From positions 1 through 61,018 of the forward strand of contig JBDLJJ010000002.1 in the NCBI GenBank assembly GCA_039714435.1: a stretch of DNA of 61,018 nt. The letters are read 5' to 3'. The notes under the pieces were generated by a model. That model worked only from the letters and a program-made list of their open reading frames with translations, was not told the origin of the DNA and ran no database searches. Of the stretch, positions 47,477 through 55,628 are shown piece after piece. Source of the stretch: Gemmatimonadota bacterium (GTDB lineage: Bacteria > Gemmatimonadota > Gemmatimonadetes > Palauibacterales > Palauibacteraceae). Each line of letters opens with the position of its first letter. The first letter of the stretch is position 1. Made by a program: the position numbers and the translations under genes.

Positions 47477-48957
47477 GTGCCGGTACGATTGGTACCGACG
47501 GCTGGGAAGCAGTCATCGGCATCGAAGTGCACGTGCAGCTCCGGACACGCACGAAGATGTTTTGCGGCTGCCTGGCGGAGTATGGTGCGGCGCCCAACTC
47601 CAGGGTGTGTCCCGTGTGTCTAGGTCTGCCGGGCGCGCTCCCGGTGCCCAACGAGCAGGCGGTGCGTCTCGGCGTGCGAGCGGCCCTGGCTCTCGGATGT
47701 TCGATCCACGCCAACTCCCGCTTCGACCGCAAGAACTACTTCTATCCCGATCTGCCCAAAGGGTATCAGATCACCCAGTTCGATTGGCCCGTGGCTACGA
47801 ATGGCAGCGTGCGGATTCGAAGCGGGGATGAGGAGCGTTCCATCGGCGTGCGCCGGCTCCATCTGGAAGAGGACGCGGGCAAGTCGCAGCATGACAGATT
47901 CGATGGAAGCACGGCCGTGGACCTGAATAGGGCCGGAGTCCCTCTGGCGGAGATCGTGACCGAGCCCGATCTGCGAAGTCCGGGCGAGGCACGGGCCTAT
48001 CTTACACGGCTCAAGCAGCTTCTGGAGCATTTCGCCGCCGTCAGCGACTGCAACATGGAGGAGGGAAGTCTTCGGGCGGACGCCAACCTCTCCGTCCGTC
48101 GGGTGGGAAGCACGGCCCTGGGGACGAAAACCGAGGTAAAGAATCTGAATTCGTTCGCCCACGTCGAGAAAGCCCTGACCTATGAGTTCGAGCGCCAGGT
48201 AGCGGTTCTCGAGGCGGGTGATGAGGTCCGGCACGAGACCAGGCTGTACGACCCGGGGGCTAGCGAAACACGGCCCATGCGGGGCAAAGAGGAGGCCACG
48301 GACTACCGCTACTTTCCGGAGCCAGACCTGCCCTTGCTGGAGATCGACGAGGCAGTGATCGAGGAGGAGCGGGACAATCTACCCGAGCTACCCGATCAGC
48401 TCGAGGCGCGTCTACAGGCGCAGTACGAACTGTCGGAGTATGACGCCCGCCTGCTCGGCATGACTCCGCTTCGGGCCGTCTACTTCGAATCAGTGGTGGA
48501 GCGAACCGGTGCGGAGCTGGCCAAGAGCGCCGCCAACCTGATCATGGGCGATCTGGCCGCGGAGCTGAATCGGCGCGGTGCGAACGCAACGGAGGAGCAG
48601 CTCATGTCACCGGAGACTCTGGCGCGAATCGTCTCGCTCCGGTCGGAAGGAATGCTTAGCTCTGGCACAGCGAGTGAAGCCCTGCGCTTGCTGATTGGTG
48701 AGGAAGCTGGTCAGGACCCTGATGACGTTGTTGCCCGCCACGGGCTGGCCCAGGTGCAGGACGATTCGCAGCTCCTGGCCTGGATTTCAGAGGTCGTCCA
48801 AGCTCACCCGGACGAAAGCGCCCGTTTTCGCGGCGGAGAGGAAAAGCTCATCGGTTTCTTCATGGGCGCGGTGATGCGCGCCTCAGGTGGCAAGGCCGAT
48901 CCTGGCAGGACGCGCGAGGCGCTCACCGGATATCTGGCGGCGGAAACCGAGGCCTAA
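47473..48957 (+). CDS. gatB: Asp/Glu-tRNA amidotransferase subunit B
   Basis: GIEVHVQL, FCGC, VCPVCLGLPGALP, YFYPDLPKGYQITQ, HLEEDAGK and a C-terminal YqeY-like tail. Confidence 0.96.
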   Translation: MSAGTIGTDGWEAVIGIEVHVQLRTRTKMFCGCLAEYGAAPNSRVCPVCLGLPGALPVPNEQAVRLGVRAALALGCSIHANSRFDRKNYFYPDLPKGYQITQFDWPVATNGSVRIRSGDEERSIGVRRLHLEEDAGKSQHDRFDGSTAVDLNRAGVPLAEIVTEPDLRSPGEARAYLTRLKQLLEHFAAVSDCNMEEGSLRADANLSVRRVGSTALGTKTEVKNLNSFAHVEKALTYEFERQVAVLEAGDEVRHETRLYDPGASETRPMRGKEEATDYRYFPEPDLPLLEIDEAVIEEERDNLPELPDQLEARLQAQYELSEYDARLLGMTPLRAVYFESVVERTGAELAKSAANLIMGDLAAELNRRGANATEEQLMSPETLARIVSLRSEGMLSSGTASEALRLLIGEEAGQDPDDVVARHGLAQVQDDSQLLAWISEVVQAHPDESARFRGGEEKLIGFFMGAVMRASGGKADPGRTREALTGYLAAETEA

Positions 48958-49943
48958 GACGAGGCCAGGCGCGAGGTGGGCCGGCCGATGGCGAAATGAG
49001 CTTCTTCCAGCAGACGGTCTGACAGATCCCCTGTTTCTCCACGCCGCTCCCAGTACTTGACCTCACCGCTCGGCTTGGGGAAGTGGTAGTCGGCCGTGCG
49101 GCGCAGGGCTTCGCTGTCCTGCCAGCTACCCGCCATGAGTACGCGTCTCCGGATGCGCTTGGCCTCACCGAGGGCCGCATCACCGATGGGATCCTGCCGC
49201 ACGGCGGCTGACGAACTGCCCTCCGAGAGAAAGCCGGCCACCAGTTCAAAGGCATACCGGTGGTACATGTCCACTTCCTCGGGCACGAGGTCCCAACGCG
49301 ACCGATCCACCAGAGAATCGAAGATGGCCTGCCAGCCTTCGTGGCCGCTGATTCGAATCATGCCTCGGAAGATCCTGCGGTTGGTGCCGAAGCTGAATAG
49401 GGTATCGGACAGGACGCGCCGGAACAGATCGTCTGTCCGGGCGTGATCGGCCTCTGTCACGACCCAGCGGGCCAGAGTAGTCGGGGCCGGTCCCAGATCC
49501 GCATCCATCCGGTGCTCCCAGTACGAATGGCCCAGAGCCTTGGAGGAAGAGGTGAGCAGCAACTGGCGCGGAACGAAGCAGTTATGCGCCAGCACGTCAG
49601 CCGCCAGATGGCACAAGTATCCGAGCATGGCGGCGCGAAGCTGAGGATCGTCCCCCGCCTCTTCGTAGATCTCCTCGGCTACGTGCCAGTGGTGGCAGTG
49701 ACGTCCAGCGGCCGCGTATTTCTTGGCCATCGAAATATCAGCCGCCAGGTTTCCGTACAGGAAATCAACCGGATAAGAAGTCAGGAGCGCCGCGATCGAG
49801 GACGGAAACAGATTGAGGGAGCGAAGTACCTCGAGGCCGAGCTGAGCATGAGTCGCGGGGCCCCACGCGAGGGCCGGTTCCGGAGTTAGTAGTAGGAGTG
49901 CGACAACGATCAGCGCTACGAACCCCGGGGAACGAAGGCTCAA
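48954..49943 (-). CDS. Secreted zinc-dependent phospholipase C-like protein
   Basis: Signal peptide followed by AWGPATHAQLG and multiple His/Asp clusters (HCHHWH, HLAADVLAH). The family assignment is from memory. Confidence 0.65.
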   Translation of the reverse strand: MSLRSPGFVALIVVALLLLTPEPALAWGPATHAQLGLEVLRSLNLFPSSIAALLTSYPVDFLYGNLAADISMAKKYAAAGRHCHHWHVAEEIYEEAGDDPQLRAAMLGYLCHLAADVLAHNCFVPRQLLLTSSSKALGHSYWEHRMDADLGPAPTTLARWVVTEADHARTDDLFRRVLSDTLFSFGTNRRIFRGMIRISGHEGWQAIFDSLVDRSRWDLVPEEVDMYHRYAFELVAGFLSEGSSSAAVRQDPIGDAALGEAKRIRRRVLMAGSWQDSEALRRTADYHFPKPSGEVKYWERRGETGDLSDRLLEEAHFAIGRPTSRLASS

Positions 49944-50425
49944 CCGTACCGCCTGCGCTCTCGGCTGAGGAATCGACGTGGGCGCTTGCCCCTTCTTCCT
50001 TTTCCTGTCACCCCGCGCACGGTCCGTACCAGCCCGGCGAGCGAAAAGAACGTCTCTTCCGCTTCCTCCTGAGCGACAGCCAGCAGCGCGTTGAAATCGG
50101 ACACCCGTTCCTCTGCCAGGTCCACCATTCTGACAATCGACTCGGTGGCACGCGCGACAGTGTCATCGACGGCTTCGACGTTCGAGAGAACAAGAGAAGC
50201 GATCTGGCTGGACTGATCGAGAAGCTGGTCTGAACGCGCCAGCAGCGGAGCGGCGCTCCGCTCGAGGCTGGCGGAGATGCCCTCCAGCGTCTTGAGGGTC
50301 CGGATCAGACGGGGCACGAGCACGGCGACCGCGAGCACGAGGCCGCTCCCCAGGACGACCCACAGGATCAACGATGCCAGTATCAGTGCTTCCGTAAAAC
50401 TCAACAGTCCTCCGTGGTCGAGCAA
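49940..50425 (-). CDS. Membrane-anchored coiled-coil protein (DUF948-like)
   Basis: 161 aa. One N-terminal TM segment (ALILASLILWVVLGSGLVLAVAVLV), then helical repeats and a basic tail. TTG start is uncertain. 4-nt overlap with the downstream PLC-like gene. Confidence 0.5.
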   Translation of the reverse strand: MLDHGGLLSFTEALILASLILWVVLGSGLVLAVAVLVPRLIRTLKTLEGISASLERSAAPLLARSDQLLDQSSQIASLVLSNVEAVDDTVARATESIVRMVDLAEERVSDFNALLAVAQEEAEETFFSLAGLVRTVRGVTGKGRRGKRPRRFLSRERRRYG

Positions 50426-50489
50426 CGCGAACTCATAGTCAAAATATACGGGATGCTCCCGGTACCCTCAACTGCACGAAGCGGGCCGC

Positions 50490-50855
50490 TCAACTGGATT
50501 CGCGGCGGAGATCCTCCGCCAGTCCCTGTACGTGACTTACCGTGATAGTGAACGCGATGCCCGTCGCCGGTTCCTCGGCGCCGCCGCTGGACTCCTGAAG
50601 AAGTCTGAGAGCCGCCGCCACCTTGTCGGGGTCATCGATAACGCTGAACAGGGTGCGGTTTTCCGGGCGGGAGCCTGAAATCAAGCTTTGCAGCCCGGCG
50701 AAAGCGGGGATCTCGTGGCCCAGCAGCTTTCCCATCCCTTGAGACTCGATGATCGTCGCACCCCGGATTCCGAGGTCCAGAAACCCTGTGAGGATTTCCT
50801 CGAGCTTGGCAGGGTCGGGGATCACGGCCACGAGCAGTACGCACTCAGTCTGCAT
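50490..50855 (-). CDS. P-II-like (GlnB-fold) protein of unknown ligand
   Basis: 121 aa from ATG 50855. It aligns by eye with my recalled GlnB sequence: LLVAVIPDPAKLEEILTGFLDLGIRGATIIESQGMG against [35 protein letters not shown], plus a C-terminal beta-alpha-beta. The T-loop is extended and lacks the Tyr51 context. Confidence 0.55.
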   Translation of the reverse strand: MQTECVLLVAVIPDPAKLEEILTGFLDLGIRGATIIESQGMGKLLGHEIPAFAGLQSLISGSRPENRTLFSVIDDPDKVAAALRLLQESSGGAEEPATGIAFTITVSHVQGLAEDLRRESS

Positions 50856-51033
50856 CCTCTGTCCGTCAGTTCTGGGTACATTCGGTGCGGCCCGGTCGGG
50901 GCAAGCATAGAAGCGTGCCAGAAAACATGTCAAGCTGCCAGGCCCGCCGTCCGCCACGCCCGCCGTGTGCCGCGTTGCTCGGGCCCGCGTCTGCCGCCTA
51001 GGTTGGCCGCGTGGATTACCTCAGGAGGAGACG

Positions 51034-52326
51034 TTGAGCCACTTCAGAATCAAGGGACCGACCACCCTGTCGGGGAGCTTTCGGCCGGCCGGGAACAAGA
51101 ACGCGGCGCTGCCGATTCTGGCCGGGTCGCTCATGGCCCGCGGTCCGGTGGTTCTGGAGAACGTTCCGGACATCCGGGACGTGCGCACCATCATCGAGGT
51201 GTTGCAGGGTCTCGGGGCGGTGGTGGAGTGGACGGCTCCGAATACAGTGCGAGTCGATCCGGCGCACGTATCCAGCGGCAACGTTCCCGCCCACCTCGCT
51301 TCCAGGATAAGAGCGTCTATTCTGCTCGCGGGCCCGCTTCTGGCCCGCTGCGGAGAGGTCGTCTTGCCCCCGCCCGGCGGCGACGTGATCGGTCGCCGGC
51401 GCGTTGACACCCATTTTCTGGCCCTGAGCAAGTTGGGGGCGGAAGTAGAAGTCGGTGAACAGTATGTACTACGTGGGAAGCGGCTGCACGGTACGGACAT
51501 ATTCCTCGACGAGCCGTCCGTGACCGGGACAGAGAACGCGATTTTGGCGGCGGCCACCGCCTCCGGCGTCACCCGGCTGAGAAACGCGGCCGCGGAGCCG
51601 CATGTCCAGGACCTGTGCCGGTTTCTCACCGCGCTTGGAGCCCGTATCGACGGAGTCGGAACGCACGAGCTGACCATCGAGGGCGTGTCGGAGCTCGGCG
51701 GCTGTACTCACCGGATCGGGGCCGACCATATCGAGATCGGCAGTCTGATCGGGCTCGGCGCGATCACCGGATCGGCGCTCACGATCGAGGACGTAGAACC
51801 CGAACTCGTCGACCCCCTGCGAGTCGGCTTTGGCCGTCTCGGCATAGTCTTCGATGTGCGGGACGGAAACCTGAGGCTTCCGGCCGAGCAGTCACTGGAG
51901 ATCCAGCCCGATTATGGAGACCAGATTCCCGCTCTCGGTGACGGCCCGTGGCCGGCCTTTCCCGCCGACCTGACCTCGATCGCCCTGGTTGTTGCCACGC
52001 AGTGCAGGGGGACCGTCCTCATTCATGAGAAGATGTTCGAGTCGAGGATGTACTTCGCGGACAAGGTCATTGCCATGGGGGCCAAGATCGTGCTCTGCGA
52101 TCCGCACCGGGCGGTCGTAGTCGGCCCGGCTCGGCTGCGCGGATCGACGGTCGAGAGTCCTGACATCAGGGCCGGAATGGCTCTTCTCATTGCTGCTCTC
52201 GCGGCTGAGGGAGAGAGCCGCATCTATAACATCCAGCAGATCGAGCGTGGGTACGAGCGCATTGACGAAAGGCTGCGTGCGCTGGGGGCTGAAATCGAGC
52301 GCGCCGAGGACGACGCCTCAGCCTGA
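51034..52326 (+). CDS. murA: UDP-N-acetylglucosamine 1-carboxyvinyltransferase
   Basis: AGGAGG at 51023-51028 lies 5 nt upstream of TTG 51034. FRIKGPTTLSGSFRPAGNKNAALPILA, GGDVIGRRRVDTH and the C-terminal YERIDERLRALGA. ORF-track start 50965 is rejected. Confidence 0.95.
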   Translation: MSHFRIKGPTTLSGSFRPAGNKNAALPILAGSLMARGPVVLENVPDIRDVRTIIEVLQGLGAVVEWTAPNTVRVDPAHVSSGNVPAHLASRIRASILLAGPLLARCGEVVLPPPGGDVIGRRRVDTHFLALSKLGAEVEVGEQYVLRGKRLHGTDIFLDEPSVTGTENAILAAATASGVTRLRNAAAEPHVQDLCRFLTALGARIDGVGTHELTIEGVSELGGCTHRIGADHIEIGSLIGLGAITGSALTIEDVEPELVDPLRVGFGRLGIVFDVRDGNLRLPAEQSLEIQPDYGDQIPALGDGPWPAFPADLTSIALVVATQCRGTVLIHEKMFESRMYFADKVIAMGAKIVLCDPHRAVVVGPARLRGSTVESPDIRAGMALLIAALAAEGESRIYNIQQIERGYERIDERLRALGAEIERAEDDASA

Positions 52327-53066
52327 TGGAGCAGCCGGGTCTGATCGCAGACGGGATCCTGCCGGTCGACGGCTGGAGCGAAGCGCTGCCGGACATCGTC
52401 GCCGGTATAACTACAGCCGCTACCGGGCTCGATTTCGGCATGACGACCGCCGGGACGCCATGGGACCTGGCGGTCGGCTACGAGAGTCTGGCGCTTACGC
52501 TGGGGTTTTCCTCGGTCTGCGCGGTCCGGCAGGTTCACGGAGACCGGGTCTTAAGTGTCCGGGCGCCAGCCAATTCCGGCTTGACCATCTTGGGAGCGGC
52601 GGACGGTCTGGTCGGCGGGTGCGGGCAGCTCCTCGTAGTTACCGCTGCCGACTGCGTTCCCGTCTACCTGGCGGCTGAGCGGGGGTCCGCTGTTGGACTG
52701 CTGCACGCCGGGTGGCGTGGCACCGCGGCTGGCGTACTGGGTGCGGGTCTCAAGGCTCTGTGCGACGATCGCGAGGTGGAGGCCGATGACGTTCACGTGC
52801 ATCTGGGAGTTGCCATCTGCGGAGACTGCTATGAAGTCGGTCCGGAGGTGCTGTCCGCCTTCGGTGTGAGGCCTGACAGCCCGGACGACAAGGGAACGGT
52901 AGACCTCAGAGCGACACTTGCCGCCCAGGCGACAGCGGCCGGCGTCCCCAGCGGTCAGATTTCGATCTCAGAACACTGTACCCGGTGCCAGGACTCCCGC
53001 TTCCACTCGCATCGGGGAAGTGCAGGCAAAGCCGGCAGAATGGCGGCCTATATAGGGCTCTCCTGA
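52326..53066 (+). CDS. pgeF: Peptidoglycan editing factor PgeF / YfiH (DUF152, laccase-domain)
   Basis: 246 aa with QVHGDRV, TAADCVPV, HAGWRGTAAG, CGDCYEVG and FHSHRG. The ATG overlaps the murA stop. Confidence 0.88.
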   Translation: MEQPGLIADGILPVDGWSEALPDIVAGITTAATGLDFGMTTAGTPWDLAVGYESLALTLGFSSVCAVRQVHGDRVLSVRAPANSGLTILGAADGLVGGCGQLLVVTAADCVPVYLAAERGSAVGLLHAGWRGTAAGVLGAGLKALCDDREVEADDVHVHLGVAICGDCYEVGPEVLSAFGVRPDSPDDKGTVDLRATLAAQATAAGVPSGQISISEHCTRCQDSRFHSHRGSAGKAGRMAAYIGLS

Positions 53067-53185
53067 AGCCTCTGCAGGCTCGCCAGAGCGGTTGCCCCAG
53101 ACCTGATTTTCCCTTACGTTTCGTGCCTAGGTATTTCTGCTCGGGTGTGCAGGGCCGACCCGGGCTTAGAGCGACGGTTCTTTGA

Positions 53186-53216
53186 AGTGGGGAAGCTCAT
53201 TCGGCCCCACTTTTTT
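53186..53216 (+). terminator. Rho-independent terminator candidate
   Basis: AGTGGGG-12 nt loop-CCCCACT followed by TTTTTT (53211-53216). It lies 120 nt after the pgeF stop and 37 nt before rimP. Confidence 0.55.
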
Positions 53217-53252
53217 GTTGTATAGGGTTTTGGTCTGGTGGCCCGGACGTAG

Positions 53253-53744
53253 GTGCTTACGAGGATGGAAAAAGAACTAGAGGAGTTTCTGGCGGGTCTG
53301 GGCTTCGAACTTGTGCAGATGGAGCGCGGCGGTGGGCGAAGACGCCCTCTGCTTCGGCTGCGGATAGACCATCTCGAGAGCGAGGCGCAAGAATCGGCCG
53401 TAGTCACGCTCGAGGACTGCGCGCGCGTGAGCCGTGCGGTGGACGAGTTCCTCGTTCAGCGTGACGGAACAGCGGAGTTCACGCTGGAAGTCTCGTCACC
53501 TGGCGTGGAAAGGCCGCTGGTCAAAGAACGAGATTTTGAGCGCTTCGCGGGTTCGATGGTTCGCCTTCGTGGCTATGAGCCGTTGCACGCGGGAGCGAAA
53601 CAGGTCGAAGGGGAGCTCGTGGGACTCGTCTCGGGGGAGACGGAGCCTCGGGCGCTCGTTCAAGTAGATGATGAGAAGCTCGAAATCCCGTTGTCGGGAT
53701 TGGCTCGAGCGACGCTCTTGTATCGTCTGGCAGACGATCTCTAG
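53253..53744 (+). CDS. rimP: Ribosome maturation factor RimP
   Basis: LEEFLAGLGFELVQME...LRLRID..., LEVSSPGVERPL. GTG 53253 or ATG 53265 as start. Confidence 0.88.
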   Translation: MLTRMEKELEEFLAGLGFELVQMERGGGRRRPLLRLRIDHLESEAQESAVVTLEDCARVSRAVDEFLVQRDGTAEFTLEVSSPGVERPLVKERDFERFAGSMVRLRGYEPLHAGAKQVEGELVGLVSGETEPRALVQVDDEKLEIPLSGLARATLLYRLADDL

Positions 53745-53767
53745 GCGAAAAAAGCGATAGGGCATAT

Positions 53768-55261
53768 ATGAACGATCAGATTTCAGTGGTCGAGGCATTC
53801 CGCGTCATGACGGCGAACAAGTCGCTGTCAGATGAAGAGTTGCATGGCTTGATCAAGGACGGAATTCTGGCCGCGCTAGCCCGCCATTTCGGCGGTCCGG
53901 TGGACGCGGAGATTCAGATCCTTACCGACGGCGACATAAAAATCGTGGTGCTGAAAGAGGTCGTGGAGAAGGTTGAGGATCCAGCCCGCGAAATCGTCCT
54001 TGAGGAGGCTCGCTGGGATGATCCGGATTTTCAGCCCGGTGACCTGATCGAGATCCCCATCGCGTTCTCTGACTTCGGCCGTAACGCGGTGATGGCAGCC
54101 AAGCAGCGCATCATCCAGCGCGTGCGTGAGAGTGAGCGTGACCGTATTCGAGAAGAGTTCGCAGATCTTGTCGGGGAGCTTGTATCTGGTGAAATCCAGC
54201 AGATCGAACGCGGCAAGCTCGTAGTGATGCTGAACCGGGCCCGCGAGGCCGAAGCGGCGATTCCGTGGCGAGAGCAGAATCCGCGCGAGCGGTTTCGTCA
54301 GGGCGAGCCGATTAGGGCCGTTCTAAAGAAGCTGGAGGAGACCCCGCGGGGCCCGAGGCTTGTACTGTCACGAGCGGATCCAGCCTTCGTGCGCGCTCTG
54401 TTCGCGATCGAAGTGCCCGAGATCTATCAGGGCATCGTGGAGATCAAGGAGATCGTCCGTGAGGCCGGCGGGCGCACCAAGATCGCGGTCGCTTCGCGTG
54501 ACGAGTCGGTAGACCCGGTCGGCGCATGCGTGGGCCTGAAGGGGTCTCGTGTTCAGGCCGTCGTCTCGGAACTGAGCGGGGAGCGCATCGATATCGTTCC
54601 GTGGCATCCGGATCCCGATATTTTCGCACGCCGCGCGCTGGCGCCGGCCAAGGTCGCCAAAGTCATTTCGGATGCGGAGCGGCACGTGGTGACGGCGATC
54701 GTGGACGAGGACCAGCTATCTCTGGCGATCGGGAGAAACGGTCAGAATGTGCGGCTCGCATCGCAGCTCATCGGCTGGCAGATAGATCTGTACTCCAGCC
54801 GGGACTGGATGGCGAAAGGCGCTGATACGCAGTTGTTTGGGGGCGGGGACGAGTACGAAGTAGCCGACTTCGCACTGTCCGAGCTCGAGGGACTTGCGCC
54901 GGCCACGCTAGCGGCTCTCCAGGCAGCGGGCATCAACAAGTTCCTGGATCTATTGGACATGGAACGTGACGACTTACTGCAGGTGCCGGGAATAGGCGAA
55001 GAAGAGGCGACAGCGGTCGTGGCGATCATCGACGAGCTCACGGTAGAGGAAGAGATTCCCGAGTCCGTGGAGACGGAACGGCTCGGAGATCCGGCGGCCT
55101 CAGCCGAGCCCGTGACGGAAGAGGAAGAGCCGGAGAAGGGGGTGACCGAGATCGCCCTGGGCACTCAGGACACAGCCGAGTCAGCGGCCGAGGAGGAGTC
55201 AGCGCCCGAGGAGGAAGAGGTGGCGTCGGCGACCTCTGCTGACGGCTCTGCGGAAGACTGA
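53768..55261 (+). CDS. nusA: Transcription termination/antitermination factor NusA with acidic C-terminal extension
   Basis: S1 region (GELVSGEIQQIERGKLVV), KH1/KH2 (RTKIAVAS...VDPVGACVGLKGSRV, LSLAIGRNGQNVRLASQL), HhH-like repeats and a Glu-rich tail. Confidence 0.95.
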   Translation: MNDQISVVEAFRVMTANKSLSDEELHGLIKDGILAALARHFGGPVDAEIQILTDGDIKIVVLKEVVEKVEDPAREIVLEEARWDDPDFQPGDLIEIPIAFSDFGRNAVMAAKQRIIQRVRESERDRIREEFADLVGELVSGEIQQIERGKLVVMLNRAREAEAAIPWREQNPRERFRQGEPIRAVLKKLEETPRGPRLVLSRADPAFVRALFAIEVPEIYQGIVEIKEIVREAGGRTKIAVASRDESVDPVGACVGLKGSRVQAVVSELSGERIDIVPWHPDPDIFARRALAPAKVAKVISDAERHVVTAIVDEDQLSLAIGRNGQNVRLASQLIGWQIDLYSSRDWMAKGADTQLFGGGDEYEVADFALSELEGLAPATLAALQAAGINKFLDLLDMERDDLLQVPGIGEEEATAVVAIIDELTVEEEIPESVETERLGDPAASAEPVTEEEEPEKGVTEIALGTQDTAESAAEEESAPEEEEVASATSADGSAED

Positions 55262-55285
55262 GTCGCGGACAGGCTTGGTCAGCCG

Positions 55286-55609
55286 TTGAGCGCCGAAGCT
55301 CCGGGGGACAAGAAAGCGCTGGAAATCCTGGGTCTCGCCAGGCGGGCGGGACGGACGGTACACGGCGACAAGGGCGTCAAGCAGGCAGCGCGATCATCAC
55401 AATTGCGCTTGATCGTGGTGGCCCGCGACGCTTCGGACAATGCCAGAGCGCGGCTTCCGCAGGCGTTATGGAGTGAAGTAACAGTAGTACAGTGTGGCTC
55501 GGTAGCCACTCTGGGAAAGGCGATCGGCCGTGGTCGAACAGCCGTGCTCGGAGTGACGGACCGAGAGTTGGCATCTAAAGTAGTGCAGGTACTCGACAGG
55601 CAGCGGTAG
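55286..55609 (+). CDS. L7Ae-family RNA-binding protein (YlxQ-like)
   Basis: 107 aa with LEILGLARRAGRTVHGDKGV...LRLIVVARDASDNAR. TTG start. There is no CxxC motif of the YlxR/DUF448 type. Confidence 0.78.
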   Translation: MSAEAPGDKKALEILGLARRAGRTVHGDKGVKQAARSSQLRLIVVARDASDNARARLPQALWSEVTVVQCGSVATLGKAIGRGRTAVLGVTDRELASKVVQVLDRQR

Positions 55610-55628
55610 CCGCTGCGGAGGTTCCAGG

